Of a stretch of 27,247 nucleotides of DNA, positions 7,366-14,417 are shown piece after piece. A program made the translations under genes and the position numbers. The stretch is from a virus (taxonomy: Duplodnaviria > Caudoviricetes), in the IMG/VR virus record IMGVR_UViG_3300005517_000038, positions 1-27,247 of that record; one strand, written 5' to 3'. Under the pieces are notes generated by a model. The model made no database searches, was not told the origin of the DNA, and saw only the letters and a program-made list of their open reading frames with translations. Numbering within the stretch: the first letter of the stretch is position 1; each line of letters begins with the position of its first letter.

Positions 7366-7713
7366 TTAAACTTCACCAGTTAATCTTTTAGACTCTTCTC
7401 TGATGGCTGATATTAGTGCCTTTCTAATTATACTAACATTGTACTTCAACTCAGCAAGGCCGTTATCGGCAAACTCATCGGTCTTGGTGATGCAGTATCT
7501 CTGCTTCTTAATGTAGTCATACTTGTTAGGCTTAACCGATTCGATGGTCACAAACTTGCCGTTAACTCTAATTGGCTTGATGTCTATAACATATGGCCAA
7601 GTGCCACCAGCATAGGTCGTAACGTATATAAACTCATCCGTTGCGATTTTGATTAGGTCGTTAACTTCGTTGATTCTCTCGGCCAAGGCCTTTGGTAATT
7701 TGATAGTTTTCAT
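7366..7713 (-). CDS. Hypothetical protein, first ORF of the early transcript
   Basis: 115-aa ORF directly downstream of hammerhead 1. Confidence 0.75.
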   Translation of the reverse strand: MKTIKLPKALAERINEVNDLIKIATDEFIYVTTYAGGTWPYVIDIKPIRVNGKFVTIESVKPNKYDYIKKQRYCITKTDEFADNGLAELKYNVSIIRKALISAIREESKRLTGEV

Positions 7714-7726
7714 TTTGTAAGGGTTT

Positions 7727-7782
7727 ATCGTTTCGGTGTGTACTGCTCACCTCATCAGTATAGGAACTTACCTATATACGAC
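7727..7782 (-). ncRNA. Hammerhead ribozyme, type III, GUA cleavage site
   Basis: Minus strand: GUCGU A UAUAGG-UAAGUU-CCUAUA CUGAUGA GGUG-AGCAGUACA-CACC GAA ACGAU. Perfect core and stems I-III. Confidence 0.93.
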
Positions 7783-7783
7783 T

Positions 7784-7798
7784 AATATGTCAAAGAAC
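7784..7798 (-). promoter_or_regulatory. boxA-like antitermination element
   Basis: GTTCTTTGACATATT matches the rrn/nut boxA consensus GYTCTTTAANA at 10 of 11 positions and is preceded by a hairpin. Confidence 0.55.
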
Positions 7799-7991
7799 GT
7801 TTACATCTACTCGTGCAGTCCAGAGGTCGTATACTCGATACCTTTACTGGAAGCGTAGATACTGGTAGCATCTACTCGGACATTTCGAACACCAGTCTTC
7901 ACTGGGAGCACGCCATCTCGGAGTGCTAATTTCTTTAGTATTTCATTGCTAAGATTCTTAGCATTTTGGGAAGCATCGCACTTCCGACCCC

Positions 7992-8023
7992 CAAATATGG
8001 GAATAAGGTTTTACATACACAAT
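7992..8023 (-). promoter_or_regulatory. Probable early promoter (Bacteroidota sigmaA type)
   Basis: ATTG-N20-CATATTTG, one mismatch in each element versus TTTG/TAnnTTTG; A/T tracts upstream. Confidence 0.55.
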
Positions 8024-8099
8024 AGCTAGGTGAAAATAATTTTGGCTAAAAATAAAAAATAGCCTCACGATAGTTTAAACGTGGTTTTTCAATGAAAAC

Positions 8100-8890
8100 T
8101 TAACAATTTCTTAACATTGGAGTATGCTGAAGCATAGCAGATGTGCAGGGTATTTATAGTGTATATGCACCAATGCTCACCGAATAGTGAACCCTATATA
8201 CTACTACTAGGATAAGAGAGCAGACAAGGTGCAGGGCGAAGCCTCGGGGGGTAAGGACTAACTACACGGAATACCCACCCACGGGGGTATTTACCCTAGG
8301 TATCTATAGCCCAATATGTTACACCTGCGAAAACACTACCGCTAAGGCCGTTTTATACCCCTAAATTGCGTCTAAGCGATTATCTCACCTACGGCAATAT
8401 AACGAGTCCACTAAGGGGGGTTATTTCCTTAGAGAGCCTCTAAATGCCCTTAAACGGGAAATGCCAAAAACCCCCTCAGAATGCGTTTAAAAGGGGTTTG
8501 CTAGACCTTAGTGTATTTAGGGATGAAATGTGAGCTAACCACCCAAGGGGAATAAAGTGCATTTAAAGGTACGTGAGTACACACTCTCCACCACGTGGAG
8601 ACAAGCACCTTAGTGTACATAGTGTTTATGTAGAATGATTCTAAATAAGTGTATTGGTCAGAGCAGACTAGCCAAGGTACTATGTAATGCAAGGTACTGC
8701 CACCCGAATCGGAGCAGATGGTATCCATATGGCTATGGATGGTACTAGGTGATGCAAGGTACTCTCGAAGCCATTCTATTTCTAGCCATCCCGAGGTGTG
8801 CAGGTAGGCTTAGTGTACAATGTACACTATCTAGGGGGGCGGGGTGTGGGATATCGGGTTATCTCGGGGTCGGCGGTCGGTTGTGTGTGG
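8100..8890. other. Non-coding repeat/palindrome-rich region; candidate genome terminus or packaging region
   Basis: No credible ORF; CTTAGTGTA x3, CAAGGTACT x3, palindrome at 8811-8829, G-tracts at 8834-8869. Confidence 0.45.
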
Positions 8891-8894
8891 GCGG

Positions 8895-9260
8895 TTATCC
8901 CCTCACTCCACAATCACGAACTAAATCAACCACAGGCACCAGAACGCCTTTAGATGTATTGTTATCCCCTCCGAGCACATCACGTTTAGTATTTAGGTAT
9001 TTACGAGCTATAGACTTGAGCTCAGTTGTGGTTTTGAGGATTATTGTTTCCCCTACTACTATGGCGTAGTAGTCTGCTTGGGTTGTGGCTATGCCAGATG
9101 GTTTGTTTCTTGAGCTATACTCAATGAATACGTTACCTGTCTTTAGTGTGAGCAGGTCTGTCTTAACTTCTATCCTCTTATGGTGGAGGATTTCTGATAG
9201 CTTTTGTTCACTTAGTACCCCTAGCTCTAGGTCGTATTTAAAATCACTGTTATAGTTCAT
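8895..9260 (-). CDS. PD-(D/E)XK nuclease-like conserved phage protein
   Basis: 'IEVKTD...TGNVFIEY.SR.KPSGIATTQADYY' motif. Confidence 0.65.
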   Translation of the reverse strand: MNYNSDFKYDLELGVLSEQKLSEILHHKRIEVKTDLLTLKTGNVFIEYSSRNKPSGIATTQADYYAIVVGETIILKTTTELKSIARKYLNTKRDVLGGDNNTSKGVLVPVVDLVRDCGVRG

Positions 9261-9969
9261 ATAGGAAATCTCTTGCTAACTTGTCCTCTATATCGTTATG
9301 GTTGTGTACTTCTCTCCACTCATAGTCGTTCTTTATATGAGCATCTGCTCTGCCTCTATCGCATTTGTCTTTGAACTCCTGAATTGTTCTGGAGTAGTAG
9401 TGGTTTAGTTGGGCTATGTTATCGTCTCCCTGTGGGTTGTATGGTCCTACGACTTTCCTTCCGTTAGTGTCTGTAGCTGGGACATCGTATGGGTTATGTA
9501 CATCCATACGTGAGCTATTGTTAGTTAGGTTTAAGATACACTTTATATGCTCATTAACGCCTTTCTGTCTTTTAGTGAAACGTCTTAAGTAAGAGTAATC
9601 GTCTGTTACTTCGGTGAGCTCATTATCTCCAAACATAACCCAGTTAATAGCTACTGCTTCTTTACCTTCATAATCTTCTAGAAACTCCCTTATGGTGGGG
9701 GATTTTTTTAGGACTAGGTATTCATCTACATCAAAGAATGCTGCCCAGGTGAATGCTTTCCTGTAGTGAGATAGGAAGTATGCGTATGCATCTCTTTGCT
9801 TATTCTCTCCTGGGTATGGGATAATGCTTACCTGACGATGTGGGTATTCAAATTCCCAGTTGTTTGCATATATGAAGATATGGTCAAATCCTAGCTTTAG
9901 GTGATATTCTATCCACTCCTCTATATAGTGGTCTTCATTCTTAGCTATGCAGACGAGGGCTGTTGTCAT
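9250..9969 (-). CDS. GT-A fold glycosyltransferase (GT92/GT2-like)
   Basis: 'CIAKNEDHYIEEWIEYHLKLGFDHIFIY', 'WAAFFDVDEYL' (DxD), 'AQLNHY'. Confidence 0.85.
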   Translation of the reverse strand: MTTALVCIAKNEDHYIEEWIEYHLKLGFDHIFIYANNWEFEYPHRQVSIIPYPGENKQRDAYAYFLSHYRKAFTWAAFFDVDEYLVLKKSPTIREFLEDYEGKEAVAINWVMFGDNELTEVTDDYSYLRRFTKRQKGVNEHIKCILNLTNNSSRMDVHNPYDVPATDTNGRKVVGPYNPQGDDNIAQLNHYYSRTIQEFKDKCDRGRADAHIKNDYEWREVHNHNDIEDKLARDFLYEL

Positions 9970-10154
9970 TACAGTTCGAATTTCTTTTCTATCTTATTGT
10001 ACTCTTCTTCTGTTATATCTACAAGGGTGTACTCGCTCTGTCTGATGAGCTCACATATCTCTACACGCTGTGGGAAGGATACGGTGTCATCGAAGAGCAC
10101 AGCACCTTCTACCCCATCGCTATTATTCATCACCTTCAGGTATCTCGTTATCAT
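9969..10154 (-). CDS. Hypothetical protein
   Basis: ORF coupled to the GT gene by TAATG. Confidence 0.55.
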   Translation of the reverse strand: MITRYLKVMNNSDGVEGAVLFDDTVSFPQRVEICELIRQSEYTLVDITEEEYNKIEKKFEL

Positions 10155-10284
10155 TGGGCTTTATTCTAATGGTTACTGTTTCATCCTCTAATGTGAGGTA
10201 AAGGCTTGCGAGCTCCTCATAGGAGAAAATGAATGACTTCCCCTCTATGTAGATGATAATGTCTTTAATTGCTTCTATCTTCAT
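10123..10284 (-). CDS. Hypothetical protein (53 aa); not in ORF track
   Basis: Translated by hand; ATGA coupling. Confidence 0.55.
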   Translation of the reverse strand: MKIEAIKDIIIYIEGKSFIFSYEELASLYLTLEDETVTIRIKPNDNEIPEGDE

Positions 10285-10445
10285 ATTCCGTATGTGTCTC
10301 TAATGTACTTGCGAGCTTCTCCATAGCTTGAGAATATTCTAAGGTAGTCAAACTCTCCTGGGCTTGATATGGTATAGGAAATCTTTATAATCTCCCCATC
10401 TAAGTCAAGCTCTGTTTTTTCTGTTATTGTTATAAGGTCTTTCAT
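10281..10445 (-). CDS. Hypothetical protein (54 aa); not in ORF track
   Basis: Translated by hand; ATGA coupling on both sides. Confidence 0.55.
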   Translation of the reverse strand: MKDLITITEKTELDLDGEIIKISYTISSPGEFDYLRIFSSYGEARKYIRDTYGI

Positions 10446-10603
10446 AGTATTTTAATTAGTATAATGCCAAGGAATGCAGCAACTAAGGTGAGCATAGCTG
10501 CTGTGAAATAAAAAAATGCACGTGGTAGTGGCTCCCTGTGCTCTCTGAAGATGTGGTCATACACCTCAGATGATGAGTTCCTGTTTTTACTCTTCTTTTT
10601 CAT
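10442..10603 (-). CDS. Small protein with C-terminal TM helix (53 aa); not in ORF track
   Basis: MKKKSKN...AFFYFTAAMLTLVAAFLGIILIKIL; ATGA coupling. Confidence 0.55.
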   Translation of the reverse strand: MKKKSKNRNSSSEVYDHIFREHREPLPRAFFYFTAAMLTLVAAFLGIILIKIL

Positions 10604-10737
10604 CGTTTTTGAATTACTTTTCTTAGTGCAGCTCTAATCTCTTTAAGCTCTTTCTCTTTTACTTGTTTCATCTTCATTAAAGCATCAATCTGCTTCTGTC
10701 TTGATATTTCGTGTGCTAGTGCTTCCAATACTCTCAT
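10600..10737 (-). CDS. Small coiled-coil protein (45 aa); not in ORF track
   Basis: Translated by hand; fills the gap after the lysozyme gene. Confidence 0.5.
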   Translation of the reverse strand: MRVLEALAHEISRQKQIDALMKMKQVKEKELKEIRAALRKVIQKR

Positions 10738-10743
10738 TGTTTT

Positions 10744-11193
10744 TTATTTAATATATAGTGCGTACTCTCTTTTTCTTCTGTTTAGAAGGATTGGCTTACC
10801 ACCAGCGTTCTTCCACATTAGGAATGCTGCTTCTATGTCAGCTGCTTTTGGGTCCTTGTTCACTCGTTTAATCAACGTAGACTTCTTTAATGCATTAGTT
10901 CCAATATTAAATGCTAAACTAACAAGGGAGTCAAACTGGTTTTGGTTGATGTCATCTCTTGTGCAGGTATATACGCACATCTCGTAGTGTTTTAACACAT
11001 TCTCAAATAGGACATAAGCTCTTTCTCTTGTTATAGGACTATCTGTCATCTTAACCTTGGTCCCGTCTTCGTAATACGTAGAACCAATCCCTATAGTAGG
11101 TACCCCTGCACTGCACTTGTAAGGCTTAAGGACCACTCCTTCTTCCCTTGCGATGAAGTCCATACCACTCTTAGATACTTTTTTAATTTCCAT
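10744..11193 (-). CDS. GH24 phage lysozyme (endolysin)
   Basis: 'EGVVLKPYKCSAGVPTIGIGST' (E-x8-C-x5-T triad), 'NQNQFDSLVSLAFNIG', 'LLNRRKREYALY'. Confidence 0.92.
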   Translation of the reverse strand: MEIKKVSKSGMDFIAREEGVVLKPYKCSAGVPTIGIGSTYYEDGTKVKMTDSPITRERAYVLFENVLKHYEMCVYTCTRDDINQNQFDSLVSLAFNIGTNALKKSTLIKRVNKDPKAADIEAAFLMWKNAGGKPILLNRRKREYALYIK

Positions 11194-11199
11194 ATTATT

Positions 11200-11424
11200 T
11201 TATTTCTTGTTGATTAATACAGTCACCCTAAATACAAATGACAGGCTTGATATTATAGTTGTGATGGTTATTAGTGGTAGTGACCATATAAACATCACTA
11301 ATATTACAAGTATGTCAGCAACTTTTGTTGGTGCATCGTTTACAATAAACAGTAGCGGCTTTACTGAGTAGGTTAATCCAAAGTCAAGTACAGCCTTCTC
11401 AAACTTATTCGCTCTCTTCCTCAT
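11200..11424 (-). CDS. Small hydrophobic membrane protein, holin candidate
   Basis: Long hydrophobic stretch with basic termini, immediately upstream of the lysozyme. Confidence 0.4.
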   Translation of the reverse strand: MRKRANKFEKAVLDFGLTYSVKPLLFIVNDAPTKVADILVILVMFIWSLPLITITTIISSLSFVFRVTVLINKK

Positions 11425-11599
11425 CGCTTATTTGGTCTCTTAGATGCATAATTGATAATACGTGGGAGAGCATATTAGCTGTGCATCGCTCTCTTAAGCC
11501 CTCAGTCTCGCTTGAGTCTCTTTCGGCTCTTAATCTTTGGACCTCATCATCCAAGATTTTAATGGCATTTAGTATGCTTTCTTTATAGTTCTTTTCCAT
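11405..11599 (-). CDS. Hypothetical protein
   Basis: ORF packing. Confidence 0.6.
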   Translation of the reverse strand: MEKNYKESILNAIKILDDEVQRLRAERDSSETEGLRERCTANMLSHVLSIMHLRDQISDEEESE

Positions 11600-11600
11600 A

Positions 11601-11879
11601 TTAGTCTGTTTTCTTCCAGTTTAACGTGCATTGGCGAACTATTTCGCTTTCATATGCTTCAAATGGGCTTAATGTTAACATTACTTTATCGTCTTTTATT
11701 ATCTGCTCAGGGAACCTGTCAAGGGTATATAGTGGTTCCTTTAGTAGCTTCTTGTATTCATCACGAGTAGATACATTAGATACTATAAAGAACCCTTCAC
11801 CATTGGTAAATGTGTCCCCAACATTGTATTTACAAACTACGTCTTTCAGCTTTTTACTAGCAGCCACCATAATTAGCAA
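11601..11879 (-). CDS. Hypothetical protein (start probably the ATG near 11870)
   Basis: ORF packing. Confidence 0.6.
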   Translation of the reverse strand: MLIMVAASKKLKDVVCKYNVGDTFTNGEGFFIVSNVSTRDEYKKLLKEPLYTLDRFPEQIIKDDKVMLTLSPFEAYESEIVRQCTLNWKKTD

Positions 11880-12060
11880 GTTTTTCTAACCTTTCGGCAA
11901 GTTCAACACAATTTTCCTTTACTAAATACCTCTTACCACCATCCATTACTATAAAGGATAGTGAATCACTGCCAGTGTAAGATTCAATCTGTGCCACATA
12001 TTTTGGGTTGATTGCAATATCTAATCCTGCTTCGTCTTTTGTTTTGTAGAATTGTAACAT
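11857..12060 (-). CDS. FlbD/SwrD-like small protein
   Basis: 'IAINPKYVAQIE...SFIVMDGGKRYLVKENCVELAERL' fits the FlbD pattern (lN.d.I..iE...dTvI.l.nGkky.VkEs.eev). Confidence 0.55.
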   Translation of the reverse strand: MLQFYKTKDEAGLDIAINPKYVAQIESYTGSDSLSFIVMDGGKRYLVKENCVELAERLEKLANYGGC

Positions 12061-12064
12061 AACG

Positions 12065-12112
12065 CTAAGGTAAGGACTTATTTTGTTATATCAAAATTTA
12101 TTTATACTTTTG
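12065..12112. promoter_or_regulatory. Overlapping divergent Bacteroidota-type promoters at the strand switch
   Basis: Plus: TTTG(12082-85)-N19-TACTTTTG(12105-12). Minus: TTTG(12095-92)-N19-TACCTTAG(12072-65). Confidence 0.65.
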
Positions 12113-12136
12113 TTTAATTAATAATCATTATAAATA

Positions 12137-12409
12137 ATGAACATCAAAAAAAATACGGAGTATATCCTTCAGCATCCATATACAAAGAAGGCTATAGAAG
12201 AATATGTGCAGGGGGATACAAAGATGCTGGAGCAACTTATCTTCGAGATTCAATTTCATACCTTTGATAAAACAGCTTTGCTGTGTTCGCAAGTATATGG
12301 ACTGAATAAATGGAACAACACTTGCGTTATCAAGGACTTAATAAGAAACGTAGAGCCACCTAATAATTTATCTATATCACTTTCTATTCCAAAGAAGAGT
12401 AGTAAGTAA
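12137..12409 (+). CDS. Hypothetical protein
   Basis: ORF downstream of the promoter. Confidence 0.6.
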   Translation: MNIKKNTEYILQHPYTKKAIEEYVQGDTKMLEQLIFEIQFHTFDKTALLCSQVYGLNKWNNTCVIKDLIRNVEPPNNLSISLSIPKKSSK

Positions 12410-12481
12410 AAAACTGAATTATTTATTGTTTATCTTTGCATATCAATTGATATTTATTTATTAACTCAAACATTTTATAAA

Positions 12482-13063
12482 ATGGCAAAATTATCTTTAA
12501 ATCCATCTAAATTAGAGATGGTTAAAAAAACATTAAGCGTTGCTGCTCCAACTGGTGGCACAATGGGTGGTGCTACAAAAGCTACACAAGGAACAAGTGG
12601 ACCTATATCGGATGAGGGTGTACAAATGAAAATGGGTGGACCTCTAAATGAAGTTGTAGTATCAAGCATAAGAAAACCTAAATTTAACGAAAATCAGTTA
12701 GATGATGTTGTTAGAGTTGGTGGTGGATATGTTTCCAAGCAAGCTTTAGAAGATTATATGCCTTATCTTGAAAAACAATTAGCTGGAACTCGTTTTGAAA
12801 AAGACTTAAATGAAATTAAATCATTATTTAATAGCAAGCCATTAGTATATTCAGAAGATATAGAAGGAAAAGATAAGTATGATGTTCAATCAAACATTCA
12901 GAATGTTTATGGTGGTATTCGTGGAACAAGTTATGGTAGTGAAGAAAAAAATTACATTTTAGACTTGTTACGAAAAAAGGGAGTTAAATTAGCAGAAAAT
13001 TTAGAAGAGGAAAGAAGTAGAACAAACCCTAATAAACCAAGAAATATTAGCTTGTTAAAATAA
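12482..13063 (+). CDS. Hypothetical protein
   Basis: 193-aa ORF; TATCTTTG at 12431-38 upstream and a terminator downstream. Confidence 0.75.
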   Translation: MAKLSLNPSKLEMVKKTLSVAAPTGGTMGGATKATQGTSGPISDEGVQMKMGGPLNEVVVSSIRKPKFNENQLDDVVRVGGGYVSKQALEDYMPYLEKQLAGTRFEKDLNEIKSLFNSKPLVYSEDIEGKDKYDVQSNIQNVYGGIRGTSYGSEEKNYILDLLRKKGVKLAENLEEERSRTNPNKPRNISLLK

Positions 13064-13085
13064 TTTTTACTATTAATACTAAGAG

Positions 13086-13113
13086 AAGCTCACCAAAACG
13101 GTGGGCTTTTTTT
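13086..13113 (+). terminator. Intrinsic terminator
   Basis: AAGCTCACC-AAAAC-GGTGGGCTT followed by a T-tract. Confidence 0.8.
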
Positions 13114-13148
13114 ATGTAATTTTGTATTATAATCTTTAAGAAATTAAT

Positions 13149-13661
13149 ATGGCACAGAAACCAGACCCTAAAAAATTTGCTACAATTGGCAAATTAAAAG
13201 AAATTATTGCTAAGAACAATAAAGATAAGGATAATATTGAGCAAAGAAGAAAAGCTTATGGAACCGATTTATCTGTAATGAGTCCAGAAGATGCTAAAGA
13301 CCAAATTCGTTTAGACCAAATTGAGAGCCAAAACTTTCGTTATGGTAATTTAATTAAAAAAGCAGATAAAGAGGCAGATGCTAAAGCTAAAAATGTAAAA
13401 AAAGTTCCAGCACAAAGAGCTCTTGATATTGCTGACTCTTTAACGGTATCTGCAAGTCGTAAAGAAGGTAGTGCTCAATCATTAAGTAAATATGGATTTA
13501 ATGTTAAAGATAGGTTGAAATCAGCTAAAGCGGATGAAACTAAAGCTAATTTAATTTTTGATAGATTGAATAAAGCTGGCTCAAACTTAGAATCTTATTA
13601 TCGTACATTATATAATAATAGATACTATAATAGTAAATATATAGAAAAAAATAAAAAATAA
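13149..13661 (+). CDS. Hypothetical Lys-rich protein
   Basis: 170-aa ORF; TAATTTTG at 13117-24 upstream. Confidence 0.7.
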   Translation: MAQKPDPKKFATIGKLKEIIAKNNKDKDNIEQRRKAYGTDLSVMSPEDAKDQIRLDQIESQNFRYGNLIKKADKEADAKAKNVKKVPAQRALDIADSLTVSASRKEGSAQSLSKYGFNVKDRLKSAKADETKANLIFDRLNKAGSNLESYYRTLYNNRYYNSKYIEKNKK

Positions 13662-13804
13662 TGGCAAAGGCTAAAACCCAATCAGTCGTTAAGAAAATAG
13701 AGAAGCATAAGGTTTCAAGACCTGGTGTGCACTCTAAGAAGAAGGCGAGCAAATTAAAAGGCTCTAAGAATTACCTTAAGAAATATAATAGTCAAGGAAA
13801 ATAA
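13661..13804 (+). CDS. Small very basic protein (47 aa, ...RPGVHSK...KNYLKKYNSQGK); not in ORF track
   Basis: Translated by hand; TAATG coupling. Confidence 0.7.
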   Translation: MAKAKTQSVVKKIEKHKVSRPGVHSKKKASKLKGSKNYLKKYNSQGK

Positions 13805-13805
13805 T

Positions 13806-13997
13806 ATGGCAACTGCAAAAACACCAAAGAGTAAGGTTAATGCTGCTGGTAACTATACAAAACCAGGTATGCGTAAAACAATATTTGAAAAAGTAAAAGC
13901 TGGTAGTAAGGGTGGAAACCCTGGTCAGTGGAGTGCAAGAAAAGCACAGTTAATGGCTAAGGAATACAAGGCTAAAGGTGGTGGATATAAAAACTAA
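13806..13997 (+). CDS. Small basic protein (GSKGGNPGQWSARKAQ family; probably N-half of DUF5872-like)
   Basis: Recognisable conserved motif; family name from memory. Confidence 0.7.
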   Translation: MATAKTPKSKVNAAGNYTKPGMRKTIFEKVKAGSKGGNPGQWSARKAQLMAKEYKAKGGGYKN

Positions 13998-14002
13998 TCA
14001 CT

Positions 14003-14272
14003 ATGGCATTAGCTAAATCACAACAAAGTCTTAAAAGCTGGGGCGAGCAGAAGTGGATGACTTCTGGAACAGCAGCCAATAAAAAGAAAGGTTCCTCTAA
14101 AGAAGTTAAATCTAAAGGAACTAAAAGATATTTACCTGAAGCGGCTTGGAGTTCTTTGTCAGCTGGTGAAAAAGCTGCAACTAACAAAGCTAAAGCTAAG
14201 GGTAATGCGAGTGGAAAACAATTTGTTAAACAGCCTAAAAGCATAGCTAAGAAGGCATCTAAATTCAGGTAA
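14003..14272 (+). CDS. Small basic protein (QSLKSW...RYLPEAAW...KQFV; probably C-half of DUF5872-like)
   Basis: Recognisable conserved motif; family name from memory. Confidence 0.7.
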   Translation: MALAKSQQSLKSWGEQKWMTSGTAANKKKGSSKEVKSKGTKRYLPEAAWSSLSAGEKAATNKAKAKGNASGKQFVKQPKSIAKKASKFR

Positions 14273-14273
14273 T

Positions 14274-14417
14274 ATGAAAACTATGAAGACAATGAAAGTT
14301 AAAACTATGAAAGTTACCAAGGGTAAATCTTTTCCAGACTTAAACAAGGATGGTAAGGTTACTAAAGCTGATATCCTAAAAGGTAAAGGTGTAATTGGTA
14401 AAATGAAGAAGAAGTAA
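14274..14417 (+). CDS. Small basic protein with a single EF-hand/dockerin-like loop (47 aa); not in ORF track
   Basis: 'FPDLNKDGKVTKADIL' (DxNxDG); TAATG coupling to the next gene. Confidence 0.7.
   Translation: MKTMKTMKVKTMKVTKGKSFPDLNKDGKVTKADILKGKGVIGKMKKK

Noticed and set aside
3833-7726. CRISPR array or integron attC interpretation of the early repeats
   Set aside because: Repeats are short, irregularly spaced by whole genes, lack attC R/L boxes, and no cas or integrase gene is present in the window.
7806-8005. Open reading frame of about 65 codons across the early leader (minus strand)
   Set aside because: No convincing start codon or upstream motif, and it overlaps the promoter.
8501-9069. 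ORFs 8501..8728 (-) and 8749..9069 (+)
   Set aside because: Atypical composition; they lie in the repeat region or antisense to 8895..9260.
10042-10075. CTGATGAG hammerhead-like core on the plus strand
   Set aside because: No stem II-GAAA follows; antisense to a CDS.
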